A stretch of 64,000 bases of DNA from Chrysomallon squamiferum (lineage: Eukaryota; Animalia; Mollusca), in the NCBI GenBank assembly GCA_012295275.1, contig CM022665.1:23436001-23500000 (forward strand). The letters are read 5' to 3'. The notes beneath the pieces were generated by a model that did not search any database, was not told where the DNA came from, and saw only the letters and a program-made list of their open reading frames with translations. This document shows, in pieces, positions 1-13,600 of the stretch. Position numbers and translations under genes: made by a program. The number at the start of each line of letters is the position of its first letter. The stretch's first letter is position 1.

Positions 1-1887
1 TCAACACAAGAAAGTGAAATGGTAGCCCTAGTTTACGTTGGATCAAACCAAATACGTAACGGAAATATTGACCAAGAATTGCCACCATTCTGTTTTGTGT
101 TTGCCGCGGGTTTTATTTGCAAAAGTGGAAAACTTGGGCAATTTCGCGACGCCTCATTTGCATTGCTTTCCCGCGCTTCAATAACAAATGGTGAGGCATT
201 CAGATCGCCAAAACTCCATTAGTCGACAAGATAAAGATAGATAAATTTTGGACAGTTTCAAGTGGTTTGTCATTTAGATTAGTAAAAACATTTAAATAGA
301 AGGGGGAAATTTATGATTACATACTAAAATCATATTACTGACGGTTTTTTTTTTTTTTTGGTTTCGTTGTTTCTTTGTTTGTTGTTGTTTTGCTTTTTTA
401 ATAATCTCATATAAATAAATAATCATACTGCCATAGCGATTTTAATAAAATATATAAATAGCATAAGCAATGATATTGTTTCAAGATTATTGATTATATA
501 ACAATTGAAAAACTCTGATTGTTGTATTCGTAAATGCAAAAGCAGTATATTAATACTGTAATAGGAACGATGAATTAGTATCAGTAGTAGAAGTAACAGA
601 GAAGTAGTAATGGTAATAGCAATAGCGACAATCCGAAAAACAGAAAAGATAATAATGATAATAACAACAGCTATAGTGATAATAATAATAATTATAGATG
701 ACGTTGTAATAAATGAATATTAATAATGGCATTAATAGAAAACTAAATAAATAATAATTTTAGAGAGTATCACATTTCAAGTATGTACAGATTTCAGTTG
801 ATAGGACATACTGTCTTTACAGTTGTGGTATTCTACTCTACTGTCAGTAATCCCAGTATATATGATATTTATTTATTTATGTATTTATTTATTATTTTTA
901 TTTTATTTTAGTTTTTATTTATTTATTTATTTATTTATTTATTTTATTTAATTTAATTTTGGTAAATTTTGTATTTGTCTTTGTCTTTTTTCGTCGAAGG
1001 ACAAATAAATTCAGAGTGAAATGTCAGGCCAAAGAATACGATAAAATATCAATTAATTCATTCACTGTCATATGCACTTCTTTTTCCTCTTTTTCTTTCA
1101 TTCTCTCATTTCTTTTCTTTTTCTCTTCGCTCCCGAGCGCAGGCTGTTCAATGTTTTTAACCTTTTGGATGATTGTGGGATTCAATTTTGATCACCCTAT
1201 CAAACGAACGACATAATGGTTTCTTTATTACATTTGACTGAAACCCAATCAGATTTGATCCCATGTCGCACGATCGATCATAATCCGTTTGAATAGCGTG
1301 CAACTGGAAACAAACAGAGCTTCATCGTCAGGCCTAATGCGCAAATGAGTAATATTTAATCTAATACACTGCTCGCTGAGAATGAATTGTAAACAAGAGA
1401 AATCCACTATTACCCTTTTGCTAACTCGTTCGACGTTGAGCACCGTCAGTGCTTCTTTGCCGTTTTCGCCAACGAACACTTTGGCTCATAAATGTGCTAA
1501 TCTCCACCACTTCGCTTCGATGCACAGATTTAACAAATTAAAGGTTCTTTGTAGGTTTCCGCCACCGGTCAAAATGTGCGCGGTTTTGTGTAGTGAAAGA
1601 AAGAAGGAAGGAAAACTGATTTCTTGAATATGTTTTCGTGATAAAATATTGGTGATGGTTTTGTTTACCATTTTGTTTAAGGTATAGATGAATATGGATA
1701 AGAACTGGATTTTTTTTTTTTTTTTTTTTATAAATAATTCGGTCGCAGTGACCAGATATATACAATACTGCTAACCTATCTAAACGGCTATATTTTGTTT
1801 CAAAATTCTGAATATGTTTTGCAAAATGTCTGTCTTTCTCGTCTTTTATTTTCTCTCTAGTTTTTGTCTGTCCTTTTTTTTTAACGT

Positions 1888-1890
<3 letters not shown>

Positions 1891-1954
<64 letters not shown>
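1891..1954. repeat. (CT)n microsatellite
   Basis: Directly visible. Confidence 0.97.
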
Positions 1955-1958
<4 letters not shown>

Positions 1959-3551
1959 GCCTCTCTATCTATGAATATGCCGACTGTGTTATGTTGAAGA
2001 CACAGCATGGAACGCCTCTGAATGTGACTAAACACAAAAGACGACTAACATGCATTTAATGAAGTGGTCTCCAGAAGGTTCTTGTTTGCTGGATAAGATG
2101 AAAACCCATGTCCCCTTGATATTTACTATTCACTGACAACGACCTTTGACACACTGCGATAATAAAAGGGAAAACAGAACAGATGGCATTAGTAGATCTG
2201 AGAGACCGACCGACAGACAGACAGACAGACAGACAAATTCGAATTTATACATTATGAAAAGTAAAGAAACGGGTAAGACAATTTTTTTAAAAGAACAAGA
2301 AAAACAAAGTACAACAATCGATAAAAATGTTATCGATAATAATTAGAATTTTTCGTAAATAGACTTCACGGTCGAAAAATAAATTTCACAGAGGTATTTT
2401 TTTATTTGTTCTAATACGTCATATATTTATACATATTCGTCAAAGGCTTAGTTCTTCAAATTACTGCGAATACCAATTTTAATACTGTTGTACTTCCTAA
2501 AAATAATTTTCTAAACAATCGTGTAACAATATATCTGAGACAAAAATAAAATATGGTAATCTCATTTCCTATTCTGTTACAAAATTGATTAAATTTAATA
2601 ACATGAAATATATATATATTCAGAATGTTGTATGTAATGCTCTGGATTAATTCCATATTCTGTCGCAAAATTCAATCTATCTACATATATATATATATAT
2701 ATATAGATAGATAGATTGACTGACTTTTGCAACAGAATAAAATAATAATCCGGAACGAACATACGAACATAGATACATACATTCAGATTCAAACTGAGTA
2801 AAAATGGACGCGTGAGGAAAACAATTAGGTGATGTTAGCCGAAACGTCAGCAAGACAATTTACATGTCACTTTTCACACACAAATACATTGTGATAATTG
2901 TTTGTGTGACATCATGGTGATAATTCGTACAACACAAAGACGTTTAAATTTCTGATTTTTCACTACTAACTGAAAATTAAAATAATGCGATTGTCGAAGT
3001 TCCCGCCTACATTTGAGCGACAAGCTTGTCTGTGAAAAATCGATTTTGAAAAAGGTTTCTTACTGTTTTACTGAATTAATCGATTGTATTTAAATTAAAT
3101 AAAATGTTATAAAATGAAAGATAAACACAAAAATAAATAAACAAATAAATTAAATAATTAAATAATTAATTTAATAATAAGCAAACAATGCAAATAATAA
3201 TAATAATGAAGAAGAAAAAATGAAATGTTGAAAAAATATATGTGATAAAAAAAAAAAAACATAATTAAATAATTAACAACAACAGCTACAACAACAAAAA
3301 TAATGATGATGATGATGATAATGATGATGATGATGATAATAATAATAATAATTTAATAAATAAATAATTAAAAGAATTACATTTACTTACTTTTGTTTTC
3401 TGCTTTGTACTAAAAAGATGCTAGGGAAATACGTAAAAATTTTAATTAGTTTTTGGTGTTCTAACAACGACGAAAAAAGTTCTCAGTTAGACTTTTTCCC
3501 CTTATTCAACGAAGTAGCTGTATTTCTAATATATCTAAGCAGAAGAATATT

Positions 3552-3613
<62 letters not shown>

Positions 3614-4559
3614 ATTATTATTATTATGTAAAATTAATAAAGAAGTACAACAAAAACAATAAAAATATTATCAATAATAACATTTACAATAAAAAATAAT
3701 AGTAACAAAAACAATAAAAAAAAATAAAAAATACAAATATGACCAATAGTAATAACATTAATGATATTTATCCTTTAAAAAAATAATTATCAAAGATAAA
3801 AGCTGGGGAAAAAACCCTACCCCCCACCTACGAAAATAAACAAAAACAACAACTTCATTTTATTTTCTTCATTATCTCTCTTCTCTTTTTTTTTTTTTTT
3901 TTTTTTTAATTGATAACGAACAGCACATGTCGATGATAATCCACTGCATCTAGATTTTTTTTTTTTTTTTTTTTGTGCCTGTCTCTTTTAACTTGAAACG
4001 GGCAATTACAGTGGTTAGGCGAAAACCACGATCACAGGCGAACGTGGATAGAATGACGGAGTGAACACGTGAGTATTTTGGACGTCACCGAAACATCTCA
4101 AATGACACGAAAAAACACGTGTGTATGTGCAAACCTGATGTTTTAAATTAGCACAAGTACATATTATCTTATTTCTTTTTTCTTCCTATTTTTTTTCTTT
4201 CTTTTTTTTTTTTTTTTTTTTTTTTCACCGAACAGATTTTCATATTAATTACAATTTACTTCCCTAATTAACGACAAAAAAAAAAAAAAAAAAAAAAAAG
4301 AAAGACAGAATGGAAAGTGAAAGAAAATGATTTCGCGGTCTTTAAAATTAAAAAATGTCGAGTGTTCTTTGATGTCGCAAATGCTGGTAGCAACCCCTAT
4401 TTTATTTTTGTCTCTGGTAGTAGAAATAAACGAGCAGCATGCTGTCAAGGAAAATTAATTAACAAGAAATTATATCAATCTTTTTCGTGTACTGAGATAT
4501 ATATTTTTTTTTTTTTTTTTCACTTTGGGGAGACGGTACTCGATTGCTGGATGAACGGA

Positions 4560-4950
4560 AATAAACGACATCTCGCGAGTTAACTCGGCTAATAAGCCGA
4601 TTCTATGCGTGTCGCTACATTGGCCTATTACTATGATTGACAACTGGTCGTGTGCCCATCTCTATGGGAGAGGCGTGTGTAATTAGACACACAAAGAATT
4701 TCACAGGAACCCCGTACATCAACCGTTATAAAGAAAATGGATTATTGCAGCAGCCCTATTGCAATTGCATTTCGTAAAAAGGAACGCTTTATACCAAGCC
4801 GCAAATTCCCGAAAAACCACGGATGCTTTTCGAGCAATTTTATCCTCAACTGGAATTGAATGTTCGATGTTTGGAGCACGTGTATGGAACTGAACAGTTG
4901 ATTGTTAGACTGATATAAAAAGTAACGAGCTGTTAATTTATAATTCAGTG
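4560..4950 (+). promoter_or_regulatory. Probable proximal promoter of gene A
   Basis: Complex CpG-containing island just upstream of the ATG. Contains ATTGG near 4620, GGGAGAGGCGTG near 4666, TATAAAG at 4727-4733, CACGTG near 4877, and TATAAAA at 4914-4920 followed by Inr-like TCAGT at 4945-4949. TSS cannot be fixed from sequence. Confidence 0.45.
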
Positions 4951-5119
4951 GATAAACGTTTCGCTTTTTATATTTTCATCTAAAACTGGCTAATATATAT
5001 ATATATATATAATTTTAACTTTGAATAGAAATAAATTAAACAATAAATAAATATATAAATAAATAATATATAAAAAAAGAAAAAAGAAAAAGACAAAAAA
5101 AAAAGAAAGAAAATAAACA

Positions 5120-5501
5120 ATGAACTTCGTTCCTCCTTTTCCGCACTTGACAGTTTCCGGTGCACTGCCCCCGGGGTTTGCAGCGTCTTCTCTAACAGCG
5201 TCGTCAACTACTCCAACGAGGACACCGTTTGCAATCCAAGAACTGCTTCGACTCAATCACAAAAGTATCGAGAAAAACGAAAAGCAAACATTCGCCGATC
5301 ATCCACTGCCTGTTTCGGCTTACTTTTCGCCTTTCTTTGCTCCCTCATTTGTGACAGGACCCAAAGACCCTACGAACATCTTGTCTTACGCCAACTGGCG
5401 GCCACATCTTCTCATTCCTAGAGGTCTGGGAGAGAATGGAATTCCTAATTCAGATCAAGGAAGAGAATCGCCTTCCCCAACGAAAGAGGCAGACAAGCAA
5501 G
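5120..5501 (+). CDS. Vsx: Vsx gene A coding exon 1 ([19 protein letters not shown])
   Basis: ATG at 5120 in context AACAATGA; donor G|GTGAGT at 5501/5502 (phase 1); octapeptide/eh1-like motif present. Confidence 0.88.
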
Positions 5502-7789
5502 GTGAGTTGATAGTTTTTTTTTTTAAGGCTTTTATTTGAGTAATATTTGTGAGAAGTGTACTAATATAATAAGGTAATTTTTCTAATGTTGTTACGACTT
5601 ATAGATATAGTGTCTATTTTTATAAGTTTTTTTTTTTTTCTCACAATTATATATGAATCTGAATATTTGTGCATATAAATAAAGATATAAATGTGTATGT
5701 GCATGTGTGTGTGTTGTATAATACTAATTTCCTCAATACCTGTTTATCTACCTATTACCTTCTTACCTATATTCTTACAAACATAAATATGCATGTACTT
5801 TATGCGGATACAGATACACACATACATATATACAGATGGACAAACAGACATATATATATAAACACACATACATACACACGTACATATACATACATGCATT
5901 CATATATATATATATATACATACATACATACATTCATACATACATACATATATATATATCCATACATACACAAAAATCACAACATACATACCCATACATA
6001 AACATACATACATGCATGCATACATATATATATACATACACACACACACATCATATAGACATATATAATACATATGTACACATATTGAAGAATAATTTTC
6101 ATAAATAAATTGTTTTAGGTACACCTTCTTCTGTTGTCAGTAGTACTCAGTGTAACAAGATTGATTCACAAGAACTAGAATCAAGAAAAAAGAAAAAGAA
6201 GCGTCGACATAGGTAATTCACTTTTCTTTTATATCATGTACCTTTTTCACATAATTAAGAAAGAGAGAACAAGTAATGAAACATGTTTTGAAAGAAAAAC
6301 AAAATGTTAAATCTAAAAACCTCGATCGCTCATAAAACTGTAGGATCTCTCTGTTCTTTTCAGGTTGTTTGTTTTTTGGGGTTCTGGGGTTTTTTTTTTT
6401 TTTTTTTAATCTGCGTCACCTCCCTCCCGATAAATAAACACAAAATAAATCAATCAAAATCAAAATCAAAATAAAATAAAATTCAACATCATAAAGGATT
6501 ACAAGAAATTTTGGGTGCATCACAACAAGGTGTGGCATTGTTTCAAATTTTAAATAAAAAAAACTTATGGGAAAGAAATTATTTATTTATTTATTTATTT
6601 ATTTTAATTTTTTCTCTTTTTTTTTTGGTACCATTATTAATTTTTGTACCGCTCGATGTGACCATGGCTAAGCCTTTTGCAATCAACTCGTGTGACGTCA
6701 TGCTTGGTTACGTAGCAAAATGATGATTTTTCAAGCCAAGGCAAAAAGTGCGATCGATAATTACAAATATAATTTAAGAAATTTAAAAGTAGTCCATAAC
6801 ATCAACAGACAACATTTTCGTGTTTTTACATACTATAATAATAAATGTAATGCGAGGGAATCAAACAATAGTCATAAAAAAATGTTCATGATTGTTGCTC
6901 TTTAACTAATTAAATGAAAGAGATAAACATACATTATTAATCATTTTACTTCAGTCATTTAAAAAAAATATATTATTTTTATTTGTATTTTTTTTTTTTT
7001 ATCTTTCTTCTTTACATTCGTGTTTAAGATCTTATTATCAAATGTGTGTGTTTTGTTTGTGTTTTGCTGTTGTCCACGGCCTGAATCCGAAGACGATTTT
7101 CTCAAATCTGTTCTAATGTGTTTCATTCGTGGGTTTTTATTAAACCTTCAAATTAACTTAATTAGGTTTTTGAAGCTGATTCATATCTTGAGAAAACAAC
7201 GTGGCTATCTCGAGAAACGCGGTCTGATCTGGAAACTTGAAAGCGATCATTTACGTACATCACGCAACATCGCCTATAGACTAATCTCAGTCTGAATAGT
7301 TTAATGTTATTATCGATGATTGAAATGAAAACAGAACAAAAAATAATAAGATAAAGAAAAAAAAAAAAAAAAAAAAAAGAGAAAAGGTTTATGCTTAGTT
7401 TCCTGGCTGATTCTTTTCTTCTTCTTCTTCTTCTTCTTCTTCTTCTTCTTCTTCCTTTTCGATTTGGACTAATGGCAAAAGTATTTTTGTTGTGGTATAA
7501 TGTAACAATTAAAATTAATAAACTGTCAGAAATGTGGAAATTTTCACAAAAAATCATTTTCGAATTCCTTTATTAGTTGATGAGTGTTTGTGTGTTTGTG
7601 TTTGAGTTTGTCAGTGTGTGAATGTATGACAGCGACTTTATATTTAGGTGTCTGTTGGTAAACCTGTGTGTGTATGTGTGTGTGTCTGTGAACATTTTGT
7701 TTGAGAATGGTTTGTCTATATGGGCCTTATTATCTTAATGTTTATACATCTGTGTGTTGTGTTGGGAAGAGAGGGAAGGAGGGATGAGG

Positions 7790-7886
<97 letters not shown>

Positions 7887-7959
7887 ATGGTATATGTGTA
7901 AACAATATGCGAGTTTATTTGTGTTCCTCTTCTTCTCTGTTTCTGTGTCATTACATATA

Positions 7960-8009
<50 letters not shown>

Positions 8010-8315
8010 TACATACACATACATACACATATGTATTAATTTGTTGGTATCACATTCTCCCTATGTTGGTAACTACACAAAATAAATATTTAATTTGTTT
8101 CTACAATGAATATAATTTTATCCCCAAATAATTAATTTAAATTAAATACATTCAAATAAGTAATGTATGAGTTTTGTGTTTTAAATTATCTCCGTCTCCA
8201 TGTGACAAGAATAAAATGATATAGAAGAACACCTTTCTCAGAATGTAACCAACAGCAACAAAAATAAGTTAGCAAATTAAAAACAGCATTAGAACACACT
8301 TACACACAGGCCAAA

Positions 8316-8366
<51 letters not shown>

Positions 8367-8407
8367 TATAAAATGTAATAAATAAATCAATAAACAACAA
8401 CAACAAC

Positions 8408-8447
<40 letters not shown>

Positions 8448-8791
8448 TAATGATTAATAAATAAATACATTTTTTAATTAATTAAACTGAAAAAAACAAA
8501 CAAAACACCTCCCAAAAAACCACAACAATAGCACAACAACAACCCAGCAAGAAGCATATATAAACAGATAATCTCCTCATACAATAATTTGTTACTATTA
8601 AAACAGCTTTACTTAGCAGTAATTCTGAATGAAATGTAATACTGAATTATACATCAATTAATTAATACTTGTTTCCTTTTATCTAATTTATTATATTTTC
8701 TGATGTTTGCAATTTTGTTTAATTGATTACGCTAATTTATTATATAAATTTGTTTATTTATTTATTTATTTATTTATTTAAATACGTTCAT

Positions 8792-8828
<37 letters not shown>

Positions 8829-9031
8829 TGTTATTTACAAATTTAGGTATATATATAAAAATTAAACGAAGAAGAAAATGTATTTATTTACGTACTTTTG
8901 TATTAATTAAATTGTATCTTTTCCTCTTTATTTCTTGTAATATTTAATTTTTAGTATTTACTTTTATCACAGTGAACTGTTAAACGATATTAATTCTTAA
9001 TATACTTTGTTTATTTGTTTATTTATTTATT

Positions 9032-9069
<38 letters not shown>

Positions 9070-9521
9070 CATTGTTGTTGTTGTTGTTATTGTTATTGTT
9101 ATTATTATTATAGCTATTTTATGGTCTTATTTTTTATTCTTCTTCTTCTTATTATTATTTTTCAATTGTTGTTATTAATAGTTTTATTTATATGTTTGTT
9201 TGTTTGTTGTTTGGTATTTCTTACCTATTCCATAATTCTTTTTCTTATTTCTCAACGGACAATCGAAATTATCATGATATATTACTATTAATATTATTAT
9301 TATTGGTATACTGCATGTAATTTTGCTGTTATTTGACAGAACCATCTTTTCAAGCTACCAGTTGGAAGAACTAGAGAAAGCTTTCAAGGATGCGCACTAT
9401 CCAGATGTTTATGCTAGAGAAGTTTTAGCTATGAAAACAGATTTACCTGAAGATAGAATACAGGTGAGTGGACAAACTTTTTAATAATAATAATAATAAA
9501 AACAACGACAACAATAACAAC

Positions 9522-9560
<39 letters not shown>

Positions 9561-9708
9561 TATTATTATTATTATTATTTTTTTTTATTATTATTACCAT
9601 TATTAATAAAAAATAAAATTATTACAGTAATGTTCTAAATAATGTAATTACATTAACAAGTTATTATGCGTATATGTAATTCAAAACGGTTAAAGAAAAA
9701 AGTGTTAT

Positions 9709-9756
<48 letters not shown>

Positions 9757-10628
9757 GACTGTTTTTATAATTACTATCACCATCACATTATAATTACCGT
9801 GCTTAATTATAGCTTTCATTATTATTATTATAATTACTGATAGTGTTATTGCTGTTAATATTATTTTTGTTGTTGTTATGGTAATCATTATAATTATTTT
9901 TATTCTTCTGAATCAATAGACAGTGGATGGTCATAAATAAAACTAAATAAAACTAACTAACAAACTAAATAAATAAATAAATAAAACTAACTAACTAACT
10001 ACCTAACCAGATAAATAAATAAATAAATACAAAGTAAATGATAATTGTAGTAGTGGTTGTTATTGTTATTATTGTTGTTGTCATTGTTGTTGTTGTTAGT
10101 AGCAATAATAGCTGCAGCTGCAGCATCAGCAGGCCTATGGAGGCGTTAGAAAGAAAGGAAAGAGAACTAAAGAAAAGAACATAATCAATAAGGTTTATAA
10201 TATGTCAAAACGTAATGCAGATCTGTTGCAAATTAACTTTTTATTACCGTGTGATATTTATTCACCACTATTAATGAAAATAAAATTATTACAGTAATGT
10301 TCTAAATAATATAATTATATTAACAAGCTTTTATGCGTATACATAACACAAAACAGTGAAAGAAAAAAAGTAATTTCGTTCACACTACGTCACAGTAGTA
10401 ATTTTTATTATATTTTATTTTCTAAAGCAGTAGCGAGGAATAAAAACGAGCTGACTGAAATAATTTCCAAGCAGACAAAAAGATGCCGTCATTAATTAGA
10501 CATTAACAAATGTATGACATTTAGTACGTGCATCTCCTTTTTTTTGTTTTCTGTCTTTTTTATAACGTACCTAAAACTAATATAAAAGGTGTTCCGGCTG
10601 TGTAAGAAAAAAAAAAAAAAAAGGGAAA

Positions 10629-10659
<31 letters not shown>

Positions 10660-13600
10660 GTATGGCTTGAAATCGTTAACGTGGCCAGCCGGTGATAGCC
10701 TCTAATTTATCTAATGTCATAATTAATTGCTGCAAATGGGCGCGTAGAGCGAGACTAATGAAAATGGTTAGGAATTTTGTCACGTTTTTCAATTACTGTT
10801 GTGTGAAACACATTAGATGATTATTCCCCTGATACTAGCGTTGTGTTATTCTTGACACTGCTTCAGTCTGGTTCCATTTACAAACAGGGAAGACTTATGT
10901 CGAATAGATGGCTACGAATTAAAAGCATTATTTTTATTATTTTATTTTATTTTATTTTATTTTATTTGATTTTGAAAGGGGGTTTATAATTAAATTTAAG
11001 AACAAAATTATTATTGTTGATTATATGAAAGAATTTATTTATAATTTTATTGTTTCTATTGTTGTTGTTGTTGTTATAGTTATATACTAATACTATTACT
11101 GTTATTAGAAAAAATAACAATATAAATATAATAATAATAATAATAATAGTGGCTGTAGTAGTAATAATAATAATAATCGTCATTATCAGCATAACAAAAA
11201 CAACAATAATAGCTTAAGAGATTGTTGCTTATATAAAGCTATTGTTTAGCTGAAAATTTTCTTTTGAAGTTTAAAAAAATAATAACAACAACAACAACAA
11301 CAACAAAAGCACACACACACACGCACACACAAAATATCTTAAAAGCAATCGGGAACAAAACAACCTTACATTTATTTACGATAACTGACTGAGACCATTT
11401 CAGTAATAATATTTCATTGTGTCTTTTGATTAATCCTTTCACAGTTAAAAAAAAAAAAAAATGTTTTATCAATGTGTATATATATATATATATCTATAAA
11501 GAATGTTAATATATAAAACATTGTTGTTTTATCGCCATTAAATCTTCCGCTATAGCGATGCATCCGCTGTATGTGATTGTCTTTAACGAAAACAAAAGGC
11601 AAGAGAGTGGGATGAAAAAACAGTACATCCTTTTTAATTATATTACTAGCTCTAATTTCCTCTTTAAGGTCGATTCATTTGTGCCGAAGTGGAAACCTTT
11701 ACACTCGATTAAGCATATTCAATCGTTCAGGTTTCACTGAAAAATTAGGTGCACGTTTCACATCCTTTATCGACCAATATCAATTAACGTTACATATTCA
11801 AACTGTTACCAATCACAATTTAGATTACACATTCAAACAATGAAAAGCGACCACGGCGTTTATCTGAGTTTTATTAAACGAGGACGCGTGGTGGGTATTT
11901 CAAAACGGTCCCAGAGGCACGATTAGCCAATTGGACCAGATATAACAGCAAGCGGAGACATATTTTCGCTCGGTTATTGCAGCACGTAAGGGAACAAGGC
12001 TTCAATTTTATATGAGTTAATCACTCTAACTGGCTTTTGTACGAGATTGATTAATTTTGGATCAAACGAAGCAAAAGAAATATTCGTTTTGTCAATTATC
12101 CATCCATCGATCGGTGCGCGTGTCTCGAGAGAACTCCCGCGTAGCGCAGCGCGAGCCGTTAGGCGCGAAAAGCAGCGATTTTCTTCATATTTACTAATTT
12201 GAATCTATCAAATAGATTAGCCGTATTCCTCGGTGATTTCCAGCACGCCAGTGTGATTTCAATTAATAGATTTGTTATCCAAATGTCAGACAAAATGTGT
12301 GACGATTTTTCAATTACGCGCCGGTTGTTAACTTTATCAGAAGTCGTAGGGCGAATCCCTTGGAGGTAACCATATGACGTCAATAAAGAAAATAAAAATT
12401 TAATCACTTTAATTGGGGTAAAATTAGATCTACGTTAAATATGTATAAATGTACAACAGTGGCGAAGTTTATTTTAGAAATTGGTTTCCATTTCTTTACA
12501 GTTCATAAACAACCTGAATATTTTATAAGACTGATGGTTGATGACAACGATAACTTAAGCTTAATTTAAGAGAAAAATTTAATTATTATAATTGGGGTTA
12601 AATTAGGGCTACATGAAATATGCATCATGGCGCTACGCTGGTAACAATAACAACTTTGTAAAAGAAAGCGCTTTCCTGATCAAATGCAAATAAAAGCAAA
12701 CTTAATTTATTGAATTTTTTTTTTTCTCTTATTTTTTTCTTCTTGTTTTGGTTTTTTATTTATTTATTATTATTATTTTATTTTATTTTTTAAGATAATG
12801 CCAACAAGATAATGGAAATGTGAAAACTAGTGAGTGCAGAAATTTCACGGGGGCGGACGCGGCCTGTCTATTTGTTTTCACTATTTCCGAATAATAACAT
12901 AATTACGTAAAAGTTTCTTTCGTCTTGAATGTTGGCTTCACCCTTATTTATTTATTTATTTCAATTTTTATTTTTTCCCTGAAATACCGGATGCGTCTTT
13001 GCGTTGAACGTTACATTATTCAGTTATATATATTTGTTCTCTCTTTTTTTTCCAAATCAACACACATTATTTTAAACCCTATTATTGTTGTTGTTTTGTT
13101 TGTTTACTTATGGCTTTTGCTTAACTTTATTTTTCATGCAGGTTTGGTTTCAAAACCGAAGGGCGAAATGGCGGAAAACAGAAAAAACTTGGGGTCGCAG
13201 CAGCATCATGGCGGAATATGGGTTATACGGTGCGATGGTACGCCATTCACTTCCGCTTCCGGAAACCATCGCGAAAGCTGCAAATGAAGGATTGCCCGAG
13301 TCTTGCGCACCCTGGCTACTGAGTAAGTTTTCGAAACTTGATCTTATCATCTCAAAAGCATTTCAACAGAAACATGATAATGTTTTAGGCAACGCTGTTG
13401 TTTATGCTATTGCCTGAAAGTCCGGAGAACACGTAACACGTTGATAATTTGTCGCTGGTTTATTGTCTTTGAAATCTGATATTTTTACTTGTTGATATAC
13501 TTTAATGTATTCTGACGTAATTATGAAATATTGCAAATACATTTTTTTAACATTATTATTTTAAATTATTTTCTCTTTTGTTTCCAATATTAAGAAATTA

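Noticed and set aside
1538-2035. Long ORFs with poly-ER, poly-LS, poly-I/L/Y/N/V or H-T-Y runs throughout the window
   Set aside because: They are translations of (GA)n, (AAT)n, (AGT)n and (CA/TA)n microsatellites, not genes.
13150-13350. Minus-strand 66-aa ORF and the similar plus-strand ORF 60307..60531 ([22 protein letters not shown])
   Set aside because: Antisense shadows of Vsx exon 4. Their similarity simply reflects the near-identical nucleotide tract.
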